DNA of 64,000 bases from a virus. The notes below the pieces were generated by a model. That model made no database searches, had not been told where the DNA came from, and saw only the letters and a program-made list of their open reading frames with translations. This document shows positions 1-11,309 of this stretch, in pieces. The position numbers and the translations under genes are program-made. Location: positions 1-64,000 of IMG/VR virus record IMGVR_UViG_3300033153_005694. One strand, 5' to 3'. Within the stretch, counting starts at the first letter, position 1, and every line of letters starts with the position of its first letter.

Positions 1-1
1 A

Positions 2-1249
2 GATAAAAGTGAACTTTTAAAGGCAGTGTTGAAGGTTAAGAGAAAAACTGATAGTGAAATAGAGTTGGAGAATGTTGATGGCATAGAACTGAATTTAAAA
101 GGATATGGAGCAAGTACAAATATTAGAGGGGTTAGGTATAAAGGAGCTAGACCAGATATAATAATCCTAGACGATATTACCACAAATGAAGCAATTACTT
201 CAGAGACTATCCAGAATACGATTAATAATAACTTTTACAAGTCGGTAATTCCTGCGCTGCATCCAACTAGATATAAGATATTTTTTATCGGTACACCGAT
301 TAGTGAGAGAGATATTATCCACCAACTGAGCGATAACCCAGAATGGGTGGTGCATAAGTTTCCGATATGTGATAAGTATCCGTGTAAAAAAGAAGAGTTT
401 GCTGGAAATTGGCCAGATAGATTTCCGTATAGTGCGGTAAAGAGTAAGTATGATATGTATAAAGCTGCAGGTAAGGCTCAGGATTTTTATCAAGAGTACA
501 TGTTGGAGATTACTGACTTGTCAACGTTGCTAGTTGATGAGGGGGATGTACAGTGGTTTGATCCAGACCTAGTTAGTAAGAATAAAGGTGCGTATAACCT
601 GTATATAAGTACTGACTTTGCAACTAGTACAAAGAAGAGTGCTGACTTTAGCACGATAGGTATATGGGCTGTAAGTAGTAATAGTGATTGGTTGCTGGTT
701 GATGGGCAGTGTAAACGGCAGAGTATGCAAGAGAATATTGATGATCTGTTTAGATATGTACAGAAATGGAAACCATTGAGTGTTGGGATTGAGAGTAGTG
801 GGCAACAAGGTGGGTTTCTGAGTATAATGCAAGAAATGATGATGAAAAGAAATATATGGTTTAGCTTTGCTAAGAAGCCAGGAAGTAAAGAGCCAGGAAT
901 ACGCCCGGTTAAGGATAAGGTACATAGGTTTGTGACTGGTGTACAGCCTAAGTTTAAACAGAATAAAGTGTGGTTGCCTAGGCCTGAATTGACTAAGAGT
1001 AGGAATCCGAAGTTATATGAGTTGGTTGAGGAAATGGTACATGAACTAGGTAAATTTACGTTGGCTGGTGGTGTGTCGGGCTTAAAGCATGATGATGCGA
1101 TAGATTTGCTGAATCAGTTGAGTGAAATGGAGATATACGTACCTAGTGAGGATGCTGTGCAGGAGGCTACTACACCTAAGATGGGGAGTATGTGGGATGA
1201 TTGGGATGACGATGATGAAGAAGAAGGTTCAGGAAGTACTATCTTCTAA
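2..1249 (+). CDS. terL: Terminase large subunit, N4-like (5' truncated by window)
   Basis: Frame is open from nt 2. RG..RPDIIILDD Walker B, IGTP motif, nuclease motifs STDFATS..ADFS and HDDAIDLL, acidic C-tail. Confidence 0.92.
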   Translation, partial: DKSELLKAVLKVKRKTDSEIELENVDGIELNLKGYGASTNIRGVRYKGARPDIIILDDITTNEAITSETIQNTINNNFYKSVIPALHPTRYKIFFIGTPISERDIIHQLSDNPEWVVHKFPICDKYPCKKEEFAGNWPDRFPYSAVKSKYDMYKAAGKAQDFYQEYMLEITDLSTLLVDEGDVQWFDPDLVSKNKGAYNLYISTDFATSTKKSADFSTIGIWAVSSNSDWLLVDGQCKRQSMQENIDDLFRYVQKWKPLSVGIESSGQQGGFLSIMQEMMMKRNIWFSFAKKPGSKEPGIRPVKDKVHRFVTGVQPKFKQNKVWLPRPELTKSRNPKLYELVEEMVHELGKFTLAGGVSGLKHDDAIDLLNQLSEMEIYVPSEDAVQEATTPKMGSMWDDWDDDDEEEGSGSTIF

Positions 1250-1257
1250 AGCAGATC

Positions 1258-1279
1258 TTAAGAATAGTTAGGGTATAAT
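1258..1279 (+). promoter_or_regulatory. sigma70-type promoter TTAAG-N11-TATAAT
   Basis: ttaag aatagttaggg tataat, upstream of an AGGAG RBS. The same spacing recurs at 7 other + strand sites. Confidence 0.7.
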
Positions 1280-1298
1280 GATGTAAATAGGAGAAAAT

Positions 1299-1955
1299 AT
1301 GAAGTTATCTTTAATTATATCCCAAGCTAGAAGTGGTGAATTGAAATCGTTATCTATAAAAGATAAGACAGATGCAGTAATAGTTAATTATGTTAATTTA
1401 GCATTAGTTGCCTTATATGGTAGATTCTCGTTAAGTTCAAAAGAAGCTATAATTACTTTGCAAGATGGTAAAGGGTTGTATAAGTTAGACGGTACTGATG
1501 CTGATGTTGAAGTAGATGGAGCTACTATATCGGAAGATGATGTAATTAAGATACTGAATGCTTTCAATGAGGACGGAGAAGTAGGTATAAATAATGAATA
1601 TGATGATTATGGCATATATACTCCGTCGTATGATTCAGTACAAATACCATCTGCGGTATCTGGTAATTATATAAGTATAATATATAAGGCTAATCCAGTG
1701 TTGATAGAGTATGAAGAAGGGGTTACGGATCCGACAACTGTTAATGTTAGATTACCAATGTCTTTGCTAGAGCCTTTACTACATTATGTAGGATATAGGG
1801 CACATGGCTCTGTTGATGGGAATATTGATAGTGAAAATAATACACATTTAATGAGATATGAAGCAAGCTGTAATAAGGTAGAACAACTAGGTTTGGTTCC
1901 TTCTGATAGTTTAGAAATTGACACAAATACAAGTACAAGGAGCTTATTAGTATGA
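1299..1955 (+). CDS. Head-tail adaptor/virion protein (N4 gp67-like)
   Basis: Directly after terL with RBS. N-terminal helix pattern and LP..LLEPLLHYVGYR motif are typical of adaptor proteins. Confidence 0.6.
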   Translation: MKLSLIISQARSGELKSLSIKDKTDAVIVNYVNLALVALYGRFSLSSKEAIITLQDGKGLYKLDGTDADVEVDGATISEDDVIKILNAFNEDGEVGINNEYDDYGIYTPSYDSVQIPSAVSGNYISIIYKANPVLIEYEEGVTDPTTVNVRLPMSLLEPLLHYVGYRAHGSVDGNIDSENNTHLMRYEASCNKVEQLGLVPSDSLEIDTNTSTRSLLV

Positions 1956-4900
1956 GAAGATCTAGTTTAGACTCAGTTAGTGTTGCTATTAATAGAGAAA
2001 TTGATAGTAAGTATGATGTAATAAAGGATGTTAGCGAACATCTAACAGCGATAGAGTCGGTAGCTACTGAAGATTTAGCTGCATTGACGGATGCGCTGAA
2101 TGTAGCTAAAGACTTTACAGGAATTACTGTGGTATCTGGAAGTCCTGCAAGTTGGGATGCCGAGAATAAGATTCTAACAGTACCTACAGTTAAAGGTGAT
2201 ACTGGAGATACTGGAGCACAAGGATTACAAGGTATTAAAGGGGATACTGGAGAAAAAGGTATACAAGGTGAGCGAGGAGTTCAAGGATCTGAAGGACCTC
2301 AAGGTGAGACAGGTGAAGATGGAGCACAAGGTATACGAGGTGTACAAGGTGTGAGTGTTCATCACTTAAAAGGAACTAATACTACAGAAAGTAATGGTGA
2401 CTTTGATACTCCAGGATATATTGATACGTATACACTGTATGGTGATGCTGCTGAAACTATAAATTTAGGTAGTTTTAATATCCGAAATGGTAGTACTGCA
2501 GGTATGTACGCAGATAAGTATGATAATAATAGGGATGGTGTTGTTAACGACTCAGATAGAGTTGGTGGTAAGACACTAGATACTTTAGAGACGGAGAGAA
2601 ATGCAGCAATTGCAGCAGCTCAATTAGCATTGGGTACAAACTACTCTGTTACTGACCATACGGCGAAAGATGCGCTTATAGGATTAGTTATAGGAGATAA
2701 AGTATTTGTAGCTGATGACGGTGATACGAAATGGGCTCATTATCTAGTGATTGATGTTACGGATGGGCTAGGTTCAACTAGTACGTACGAAGTGATAATG
2801 GACGAAGATACATATTTGAATGCGAATACTGCAGCGAGTATAAAAATTGCGTATGAAAGTAACGCTGATACAAATGCGTTTATAGATGCTGAAAAAGCTA
2901 AGTTAGCAAATACGGAAACAAGTGATGAACTAGATATTAGAGATATTGCAAGTAAAGATAGGACTAACCATACTGGAACACAGTTAGCTAATACTATTAG
3001 CGATTTGGATGCAACGATTGGTGGGCATATTGACGTAATAGCAAATACAGCAGATAGGCATGTACATAGTAATAAGGCTGTTTTAGATGGTACTACTGCT
3101 AGCTATACAGTTGCTGAGGAGACTAAGCTTAGTACTGCAATATCTGCTATTAGTTCAGATACACTAACTAATAAAGTTATAGATGACTATACAAACTTTG
3201 TTCATGCTGATGCTACTCACTTTAAAATAATATCTTCAGAGACACTAGTTGCTGGAGATGTACTTCAATATGTATCATATGATATTGCTACAGGAACAAC
3301 TAGAGTTATTAAAAGAAATGCAATAATGAATATTGCTATTGGTATAATGAAAGAAGGATTAGCTTCTGAAACTATTGGATTAGCAGCAAGTACAGGTAAA
3401 CTAAAAAACCTTAATACTTCTATATTTGATGTAGGAGATATGCTATATCCTGATGCTTCCGGAGGACTGGTTAATGTTAAGCCTGAAGGCATAGCTCAAC
3501 CAATAGCTTATGTATTAGAATCAGATGTTGATGACGGAGTATTATTAGTTAATGTATCTCAAGCAGATGAATTACCAGTACAATCAGGCAATGCAAATAA
3601 ATTCTTAAAGACTAATGGTACAACTACAGTATGGGAAACACCTTCAAGTACGGCCGGTAGAGGAGTTAGCTACTTCTTAGGTAATACAGTAGTAACAGGT
3701 AATAACTATAACTTAAGTACAACTCCTGAGGGTGGAGTAGAACAAACTATACTAACTACAACTAATAGTACAATACAGCCAACATTTATGGAAAGATATG
3801 TGTCAGAACCAATTGGTGGAACTACTATAGATGGTGGTATATGGACATTTAATACTTATGCTAGTGTAGATAGTGATGTAGGTACAAGCGAAATAGTTGC
3901 TAGAGTAAATAAAGCAGTACTGCAAACAGCTACAATAACTTCTACAGGTACAGGGCTGACTAGAACGTTTACTGCAAGTGAAGCAGTATTTGTAGCTGGG
4001 GATGCTAATAGTAGTATACTAGAGGCTACATTAATACAAACTCCAACAGAATGCTTCTGGATAGACACATATATAAGTGCAACAGAAGTTACTGCTACAA
4101 GTATTGATGTAGACTATGTAAATGAGACAGATGTAACATTATGTTTATTTTATAAGTTATTTCAGGTGTCTACTGGAGAGGTTAATGGCGCTGATGCAGT
4201 ACTGTATGAAACACAAACTATACAGCCATCATTTGATATTAATAGTACAGATAAAATACTAGTAGCATACTTTGCAACTACAACAACTAGTGGAGACAAG
4301 GTATTAACATTATATAAGAATGGTACAGAACATTATTCAAACTTAATATCTCCTTTAGTATACAGACATGATGACTTACCAGGACTAAATGATGGAGAGT
4401 ATAGGCATCTTGGAAGTGATCAGTATGATAAGCTAACAAGTGGTTCACAAAGTGCGGATACACTGCATGAGCATAGTGCTTCAGGTATTACTAATGTACC
4501 AAGTGGTAATTTAGAAGCTACTACAGTACAGGGTGCATTGAATGAATTGCAAAGTGAAATAGATCTGAATACAACTGATAGACATAATCATACTAATAAG
4601 ACTATACTAGATAATAGTACAGCTAGCTACACAACTGCAGAAGAAACTAAAGTAGGACACATAAGTGTAACACAAGCGGTAGACCTAGATAGTGTAGAAA
4701 TAAGTGCAGCTAAAAGTGAAGCAGTAAACGGTACAGCAACTAATGTTAGATATGACAAGATATTAGGTTCACTAGATATAGTAGAGATGGTATACGATGG
4801 TAATGACAATCTAGTTACAGTTAGATATACTGGGGATAACGATTCAAGTGTGTATTACAGAGATGTATTGACATATGATACAGATGGATTAGATCTAGTT

Positions 4901-5002
4901 AAACACTTTCACAATACGAGTGACTTGGTTACAGAAAGTGCTAGTACGGATTTAGCATATACAGCAGGTGCATTAACTAGCACAACATACACAGAAGGAT
5001 AG
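1952..5002 (+). CDS. Tail fibre protein with collagen-like repeats
   Basis: 1016 aa, Thr/Gly/Asp-rich, G-X-Y run, RTNHTGTQLANTISD fibre motif, internal repeat. Confidence 0.8.
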   Translation: MRRSSLDSVSVAINREIDSKYDVIKDVSEHLTAIESVATEDLAALTDALNVAKDFTGITVVSGSPASWDAENKILTVPTVKGDTGDTGAQGLQGIKGDTGEKGIQGERGVQGSEGPQGETGEDGAQGIRGVQGVSVHHLKGTNTTESNGDFDTPGYIDTYTLYGDAAETINLGSFNIRNGSTAGMYADKYDNNRDGVVNDSDRVGGKTLDTLETERNAAIAAAQLALGTNYSVTDHTAKDALIGLVIGDKVFVADDGDTKWAHYLVIDVTDGLGSTSTYEVIMDEDTYLNANTAASIKIAYESNADTNAFIDAEKAKLANTETSDELDIRDIASKDRTNHTGTQLANTISDLDATIGGHIDVIANTADRHVHSNKAVLDGTTASYTVAEETKLSTAISAISSDTLTNKVIDDYTNFVHADATHFKIISSETLVAGDVLQYVSYDIATGTTRVIKRNAIMNIAIGIMKEGLASETIGLAASTGKLKNLNTSIFDVGDMLYPDASGGLVNVKPEGIAQPIAYVLESDVDDGVLLVNVSQADELPVQSGNANKFLKTNGTTTVWETPSSTAGRGVSYFLGNTVVTGNNYNLSTTPEGGVEQTILTTTNSTIQPTFMERYVSEPIGGTTIDGGIWTFNTYASVDSDVGTSEIVARVNKAVLQTATITSTGTGLTRTFTASEAVFVAGDANSSILEATLIQTPTECFWIDTYISATEVTATSIDVDYVNETDVTLCLFYKLFQVSTGEVNGADAVLYETQTIQPSFDINSTDKILVAYFATTTTSGDKVLTLYKNGTEHYSNLISPLVYRHDDLPGLNDGEYRHLGSDQYDKLTSGSQSADTLHEHSASGITNVPSGNLEATTVQGALNELQSEIDLNTTDRHNHTNKTILDNSTASYTTAEETKVGHISVTQAVDLDSVEISAAKSEAVNGTATNVRYDKILGSLDIVEMVYDGNDNLVTVRYTGDNDSSVYYRDVLTYDTDGLDLVKHFHNTSDLVTESASTDLAYTAGALTSTTYTEG
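2194..2350 (+). repeat. Collagen-like Gly-X-Y repeat
   Basis: GDTGDTGAQGLQGIKGDTGEKGIQGERGVQGSEGPQGETGEDGAQGIRGVQG. Confidence 0.9.
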
Positions 5003-5005
5003 AAT

Positions 5006-5422
5006 ATGGATGTAATAAGTTATAGTTTAGCGGCTAAGGCGTTCACAGAAGCGGATGCAAAGATACAGCAGTATGTTACTGATGAAGCAGGAATGCCTAC
5101 AGTAGCAGATTTGCAAAATGGGGATGAGTGGTTAAATACCGATACAGGTAGGACTATGATAGTATTCAATGGAGTATTTGTAGAGAAACCGAGCACACCT
5201 GCAGCAGTAGTTGGCGTACAAGATAAGCTAGATTTAAAAGCTAACAGTGTAGACTTTAATCAAGTAGATAATACAAGTGATGCTGATAAGCCAGTAAGTA
5301 TAGCACAGCAAACAGCTTTAGACTTAAAAGCTAATCAATCAACAACTTATACTAAAACAGAAATAGATACTAAAGTAGATTATATAGGAACAGTTGCAGC
5401 TTTTGAAGCTCAACTATCATAA
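5006..5422 (+). CDS. Tail fibre-associated protein
   Basis: VDNTSDADKPVS.AQQ.ALDLKA fibre coiled-coil motif. Confidence 0.65.
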   Translation: MDVISYSLAAKAFTEADAKIQQYVTDEAGMPTVADLQNGDEWLNTDTGRTMIVFNGVFVEKPSTPAAVVGVQDKLDLKANSVDFNQVDNTSDADKPVSIAQQTALDLKANQSTTYTKTEIDTKVDYIGTVAAFEAQLS

Positions 5423-5431
5423 GGAGATAAT

Positions 5432-7162
5432 ATGGCAGCAAATGAAGTTGTAGAACGAATAGCTACAGAATTTAATACGGTAAGGTCAGAGATAGATGCT
5501 CTAACTACAATAGCTACATCTACAAGCAATGTATTGTTAAACCAATCTTCTTTAGAAATTGCTAATACAGCGGTAACTAAGAACTTTGCAAGTAAAACAT
5601 ATACAGGTACAGGAGCTAGTCAAGATGTTGTAACTAATATTAGTTCTGTTGACTTTACAGTATCTAGTAATGGTTCAGGTTATTGGCACGATAGAGCTAC
5701 TGGAGATTGTACAGTTAAGAATGATGCTGGCACTGTTATTGATAGTGGTAGTTGTGTTGTTAATGTTAGTAAGGTTCATATTAAAAGCAGAAGCAATGTT
5801 ACTTCGCATGAGACTGTGGATGGAATAAGAGGTCAAGGACAATATATAAGCACAAATAGTACAGTAGCTGAAGCTTTTTATGATGGATTGGTTACCTTTA
5901 ACAATACTGGATTTACTTTAGAATCTTCTACAATTCATACGAATGAAAATACATACACTTATATAGCATACCAAACACTATACACTCACATATCATGGGG
6001 AACTACTAATCAAGGTAAAAAGTATATAGAAGCTTATAATCCTATTACTAGAGAAACAATGATTATGTATGAGGGTAGTGGTAATGTAGGACATGAGATA
6101 CCACATAGTTTAGGTGTTAAGTTGGATTTTACAGTTATTAAAGGATTGGATTCAGCTACTACTTGGCAAGCATTGATGATTGGAAAATATGGTTATCTAG
6201 ATACAGATGTAGCATTTAATGATTCTGGTATAGTGTTTACAAATGATGGTGTTAATATATCTAACTCTGCTGTTAACAACACAACAGATGAATCTTATAT
6301 CCTCTACGGTAAAGCTAAATCAGAAACATGGACAATAGTACCATATACAGGTACTGGAGCTAGTGGTAACTTTATAGAGACTGTTGATGTTAATGGTGTT
6401 GCTAGGAAACCTAGGAGAGTTGTTATTAAGGCTACAAGTATTGCTGGTGATTGGCATGTATTTGATAGTGAGAGAGCAGAAGATGCTAGAATAAAAATAA
6501 ATACTTCTGATGCAGAAACAACAGCAGACTATACTGATGGATTTAATTCAAATGGTTTTACATTAACATCTAATGGTGGTGCAAATGAAGCTGATGTCCA
6601 GTTTATAGCTCTAGTAGAGTTCGACACAAACTCAGACGGTGGAGATAGTTACTTTCCTTTACCAACAGATGACTCAAATCTAAATGTAACAGCAGGTAAC
6701 TTTACGTTTACAGATGGCTTAGATGCCAATGGGTTCGTTAGAAGCTCAGAGTCTATCACTGGAAGTATTGACTTTACGGGTTGTAGTGATGGTCTTAAAT
6801 GGGTATATAAGGTAAAAGGCGGAGATTATGGTTTCTTAGATGTTAAACCTAGTTTTAGTGGAGAAGATAATGGAGATAACTATTATTTTAATACAGAAGA
6901 CGGTTTAATGTATGATATTACTGACACAGAACTAACAACTCCAATATCATTCCTACCTAATCCAATTCTTGTTGCCTCAGAAACACCAATGGATATTAGA
7001 GAAGATGATGAGTTGTTGACTAATGTTATGGATAGTTTAGAGGTTAGTGGTAATGTTAAAATGGATACACTTAATATTAAAAATTTACCAACTGCTGACC
7101 CTTTAATAGTTGGAGAACTATGGAATGATAGTAATACCATAAAAGTAAGTACAGGAGCATAA
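5432..7162 (+). CDS. Tail fibre/receptor-binding protein
   Basis: Repeated YTGTGA / YEGSG / IPHSLG..IK beta modules, RBS AGGAG. Confidence 0.7.
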   Translation: MAANEVVERIATEFNTVRSEIDALTTIATSTSNVLLNQSSLEIANTAVTKNFASKTYTGTGASQDVVTNISSVDFTVSSNGSGYWHDRATGDCTVKNDAGTVIDSGSCVVNVSKVHIKSRSNVTSHETVDGIRGQGQYISTNSTVAEAFYDGLVTFNNTGFTLESSTIHTNENTYTYIAYQTLYTHISWGTTNQGKKYIEAYNPITRETMIMYEGSGNVGHEIPHSLGVKLDFTVIKGLDSATTWQALMIGKYGYLDTDVAFNDSGIVFTNDGVNISNSAVNNTTDESYILYGKAKSETWTIVPYTGTGASGNFIETVDVNGVARKPRRVVIKATSIAGDWHVFDSERAEDARIKINTSDAETTADYTDGFNSNGFTLTSNGGANEADVQFIALVEFDTNSDGGDSYFPLPTDDSNLNVTAGNFTFTDGLDANGFVRSSESITGSIDFTGCSDGLKWVYKVKGGDYGFLDVKPSFSGEDNGDNYYFNTEDGLMYDITDTELTTPISFLPNPILVASETPMDIREDDELLTNVMDSLEVSGNVKMDTLNIKNLPTADPLIVGELWNDSNTIKVSTGA

Positions 7163-7163
7163 T

Positions 7164-7646
7164 ATGAATTTAAAAAGATATAGAATATTAGAAGATGGAA
7201 GCCATAGTTTTCATACTTTTATAAAGGGTCAAAGATTTAACATTGATATATGGCTAGAAGATAATCATAGTCAAAGAGGTGTTATAGGTCAAGATGAAGA
7301 TAATAATGATATTTATGGAGATTATTATAAATATTATAATGAAGATTTAACACCTAACTTAGAAAAGACAATGCTAGAAGATAAGGCTAACACTCTACAC
7401 GCTATGGAAACAGCTATACAAGAATATGTAGATAATCAAGCTAAAGAGTTAGGTTATGATGATATGAATAGTACGGCTAAGTACCTAAGACCAAGTTCAC
7501 CATACTATAATGAAGCAATTAAATTAGGTGATTGGTGTGATGCTGTATGGGCTGAAGCTTTTACTGCTCAAAATGAAATAGAGAGTGGGGCTATCGAAAT
7601 GTTAACAGTTTCGGAACTTCTTAGTAGATTACCTGATTACCAATAA
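7164..7646 (+). CDS. Tail fibre assembly chaperone-like protein
   Basis: AKELGYDD..STAKY....YYNEA..LGDWCDAVW..LSRLP pattern, follows a fibre gene. Confidence 0.6.
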   Translation: MNLKRYRILEDGSHSFHTFIKGQRFNIDIWLEDNHSQRGVIGQDEDNNDIYGDYYKYYNEDLTPNLEKTMLEDKANTLHAMETAIQEYVDNQAKELGYDDMNSTAKYLRPSSPYYNEAIKLGDWCDAVWAEAFTAQNEIESGAIEMLTVSELLSRLPDYQ

Positions 7647-7658
7647 AATAATCTTAAG

Positions 7659-7680
7659 TTAAGCTAAACTAAGGTATAAT
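7659..7680 (+). promoter_or_regulatory. Promoter TTAAG-N11-TATAAT
   Basis: ttaag ctaaactaagg tataat. Confidence 0.7.
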
Positions 7681-7705
7681 GATGAATATAAATAAAGGAG
7701 AATAA

Positions 7706-8386
7706 ATGAGTTTCTCATTTCCAATAAGTCCCGAAGATGGACAAATACATAGTACTGGTGAAGATATAAATTACGTATACCGAGCAGACATAGGTTCGTG
7801 GGAGCTGTATACTGAAAAGTATGGCGTAGTTAAGGCTAAGTTTCGATATACTACTACAGAAGGGCAGACAGTAATTACTGGTGCAGATACTGATGGTAAG
7901 ATACTAGAGTATACTGTAGGCTATTTAACAGTAATTAGAAATGGAATTACATTGGTGGAGTCACTAGATTATACTGCAACTAATGGAACTAGTATTACGT
8001 TAGTAGTTGGAGCGGATGTTGATGATATAGTAGTAGTTGAAGCACATGGTTCGTTTACGATTGCGGATCACTACACAAAAAATGAAGCAGATGATCTACT
8101 AGATTTAAAGGCAGATGCAAGTGATATATCAAATATAGATAATACAAGTGATGCTAATAAGCCAGTAAGTACAGCTCAACAAAATGCTTTAGATTTGGTA
8201 GATACTAAGAATCTACAAACTATCGAAGCAAACTCTACAGCATATGGATATACTAAAAGAGTAGATAAAGCTGATAGATGGCTAGAGACAGATATGCCTA
8301 ATGTTATAGTAGACATAGGATTAGGCAGTGTTAGATTCAGTGATGGATTGATAGACCTAGATACACTAGCAGAGGATATAGTATGA
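7706..8386 (+). CDS. Tail fibre protein, N-terminal part (probable split gene, part 1)
   Basis: TEGQT..LEYTVG.L.V.RNG..L....DYTATNGTSITL motif and DNTSDANKPVS repeat. Confidence 0.7.
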   Translation: MSFSFPISPEDGQIHSTGEDINYVYRADIGSWELYTEKYGVVKAKFRYTTTEGQTVITGADTDGKILEYTVGYLTVIRNGITLVESLDYTATNGTSITLVVGADVDDIVVVEAHGSFTIADHYTKNEADDLLDLKADASDISNIDNTSDANKPVSTAQQNALDLVDTKNLQTIEANSTAYGYTKRVDKADRWLETDMPNVIVDIGLGSVRFSDGLIDLDTLAEDIV

Positions 8387-9144
8387 TAAAGCAGGAAGAG
8401 TTAAAAAAGTATATAGCATATGATAAAGATACTGGAATATTTTATAGCACTACTAATGAGATAAAGCAATATTCAATAGGTTCAGTACTTGGAAAAGTTA
8501 CTAATAAAGGTTACGTAAAGATAAACCTAAAAGGTAAGACGTATGTTGCACATAAACTAGCATATTTATACGAGAGTGGGGAATATCCAGTTGAGAGGGT
8601 ATATCACAGAAATGGTAATAAACTTGATAATAGATTTGATAATCTAAAATGCTCTAATGAGTACGATGAAGTAACACAAGAATACCTAAAAAGAAAATAT
8701 ATATATGACTGTGATAGTGGAACGTTTGCTGATAAAGAAACTGGAGAACTTAGAGGTGGAATCGACAAAGATGGATATTGTAGAGTAAAACTAGAAGGAC
8801 AGGATTATAAAGTACACAGATTAGCTTGGTTATATGTATACGGAGAGTGGCCAATTGATATAGTAGATCATATTGACCATAACAGGTCAAATAATGCAAT
8901 AAGTAATCTTCGAGTAGTTACAGCAAAAGAAAATGCTCAAAATAGAAAATTACAGTCAAGAAATAACACTGGAGATACTGGAGTTCATTGGGGCACTCAA
9001 GCAAAGAAATGGATTGCAGCTATTGGTGTAGACGGTAAAAAGATACATTTAGGGTATTTTATAGAATATAGTGAAGCAGTAAACGCTAGGAAACTAGCAG
9101 AAATAGCATATGGATTCCATGAGAATCACGGAAAGGATTTATAA
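8383..9144 (+). mobile_element. Free-standing HNH homing endonuclease (two HNH_3 units + AP2-like domain)
   Basis: HRLAWLYVYGEWP..VDHIDHNRSNNAISNLR; C-terminal TGVHW..KKWIAAI..LGYF..AVNARK. Confidence 0.92.
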
Positions 9145-10631
9145 TGAGAGGATTAAGATGCACTCTACCACTAGCACCATTTGCTTCAGGTGCCACAGAT
9201 GAACTACTGGATGATAGTGTTAATGGAGTTACTACACAAGCAGACCATAGTAAAGGTGATATAGTTGTAACTGGTAATGAGTTGGTTGATAATGGTACAT
9301 TTGATACAGATACTACAGGGTGGACATTGACAGATGGTACTCTTTCTCATAGTACAGATAAAGCTCTTGCTACATATACAACATCATCGCAAACCTTAAG
9401 ACAAGACTTAAATCTTATAACTAACCTCAGTTATGTTATTAGTTTTACAATCCATCCGAATTCTAGTGTTGGAGCAGCTAAAGTTAATATATTTGGTGGT
9501 GATTTTCAATACTTCAGTCCTGAAGTTGGTGTAGATACTAATGTAACGCTAGTTTGTGTTGCTGGTAGTGGAATAGAAGAAATTGCAATAACAACATATA
9601 TGACTTCTGGCTCATATACTATTGACAATATCTCAGTAACCCTAGTAGACACATCATACCAAGCAATAGCAGATACAACAGCTAATGACTTACTTACAAA
9701 TACAGATAAGTTTCAAGTTATAGATTATGTAACAAGACAAGATGTAATACTACTAACTAAGACAGGATATAAGACTGTTACAGGTATTCATACATTTGAT
9801 GATACAGTAAGTAATGATGATATTGCTAGTGCTTATGATTGGAGCAAGCTAGGTAATGGATTATATAATGATGGTACAGAAGAGGTTATAATTAGTGGTA
9901 TAGTAGCTAGGGATAATGCTGGTGCTTATCATCCAGTTTATAATGGATTTGGTACAGTAGCTTTTACAAATACATCACAAGAAACAAACCATTGGTACAT
10001 TACAGACTTTAACATATATAATGTATATGATACCTTTAATCCATCAAATACTAGAACTATTGGTGGAGAGCATGGAGGAGGTAGCTTGTTGTATCCTACT
10101 TATGGGAATAAAGCTTATGATGGTGGTTGGAAAGGAGTTAGACCAGATGGTAAATTCTATGATAAAATCTACTACGAATCTAACGGAGGATTAATATTCC
10201 TACCTACATATAGTAAAGAAGTAAGTAAAGTAGATTTACTTAATGACGAGATGAATAAGTTAGTTAGTGGTGATACTGATATGAGTTTGGAGATGGGGGT
10301 GGAGACTGTATATGCTACATCTGTAGATACTACAATACACTATGAAAATCCTGCTAATACTTTATTTAAAATAAATACAGCTCTTCCAACTAGTATATCT
10401 ACTTCAGAGCAAGATGGAATACTTCAATTCTCAAGGAATGGGTCTCCATATAAAATGAATTGTAGGTTTTATAGAAGTGCTGCCGATGGTACTCTTGTAG
10501 TATCATATATTGGTAGTGATATTTATACGGTAGACGATACTATAGAATGGTGGTCTATTACAATTAAATCTCCATCACTCCTAACACAAGGCAAAGCACT
10601 ATCTACAGATGTGATAGTTGGAAATGTGTAA
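9144..10631 (+). CDS. Tail fibre/RBP middle part with carbohydrate-binding-like module (probable split gene, part 2)
   Basis: NELVDNGTFDTDTTGW..IDNISV CBM-like segment; RDNAGAYHP..N.FGT and RPDGKFYD motifs. Confidence 0.65.
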   Translation: MRGLRCTLPLAPFASGATDELLDDSVNGVTTQADHSKGDIVVTGNELVDNGTFDTDTTGWTLTDGTLSHSTDKALATYTTSSQTLRQDLNLITNLSYVISFTIHPNSSVGAAKVNIFGGDFQYFSPEVGVDTNVTLVCVAGSGIEEIAITTYMTSGSYTIDNISVTLVDTSYQAIADTTANDLLTNTDKFQVIDYVTRQDVILLTKTGYKTVTGIHTFDDTVSNDDIASAYDWSKLGNGLYNDGTEEVIISGIVARDNAGAYHPVYNGFGTVAFTNTSQETNHWYITDFNIYNVYDTFNPSNTRTIGGEHGGGSLLYPTYGNKAYDGGWKGVRPDGKFYDKIYYESNGGLIFLPTYSKEVSKVDLLNDEMNKLVSGDTDMSLEMGVETVYATSVDTTIHYENPANTLFKINTALPTSISTSEQDGILQFSRNGSPYKMNCRFYRSAADGTLVVSYIGSDIYTVDDTIEWWSITIKSPSLLTQGKALSTDVIVGNV

Positions 10632-11309
10632 ATGAGTATAGGTAATGATACGATAATGATAAAAGCAATAGGAAGTTCAATTCCTATGCTTAAAGCTAAT
10701 AACTATGCCTATAAGTGGAAAGAAATGGTGGAAGTAAGTGTATATGATTTACCAGAGAAATCGTCAATTAGGATTAGTCGCGTATGTGATAAGTGTGGTG
10801 ATGAAAAACTAATAATTAGAGCTAAACTTGGAGACTTAGAAGGTGAACACTTATGTGAATATTGTTCAAGAAGTTTGAGTGGCGAAGATTGCCCTGCATA
10901 TAAAGGCGGTTTACCGAAATGTGTAGACTGCGATAATAGAGTAACTAAAGCAGAATATATACGATGTAGAGATTGCTCTGATATACTAAGAGGTGGAAGT
11001 AACCACTACAAATGGATAGAAGACAGAACCAAACTACACAAAAGAAGTGGAAGCCAAATGGAAAAATGGGGAAATGCTGTTAAACTAAGAGATAGTAATA
11101 AGTGTGTATTATGTAGTGCGGATGATAAACCATTAGAAGCACACCATTTAGTAGGATTTAGTACAGATAAGTCAGTAGGGTATGATGTGAGTAATGGAGT
11201 ATGTTTATGTAACGAGTGTCATAGAGACTTTCATATTGAGTTTGGATATGGATATAATACTGCAGAACAGTTTGAAGAATACATAATAAATATAGAAAAG
11301 GATAAATAA
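10632..11309 (+). mobile_element. Free-standing HNH endonuclease with Zn-finger repeats
   Basis: Several CxxC pairs; RDSNKCVLC..LEAHH..NGVCLCNECHRDFH. Confidence 0.9.

Noticed and set aside
8383-11309. Group I introns around the tail-fibre HNH genes
   Set aside because: No non-coding sequence flanks the ORFs and no P7-like elements are visible.
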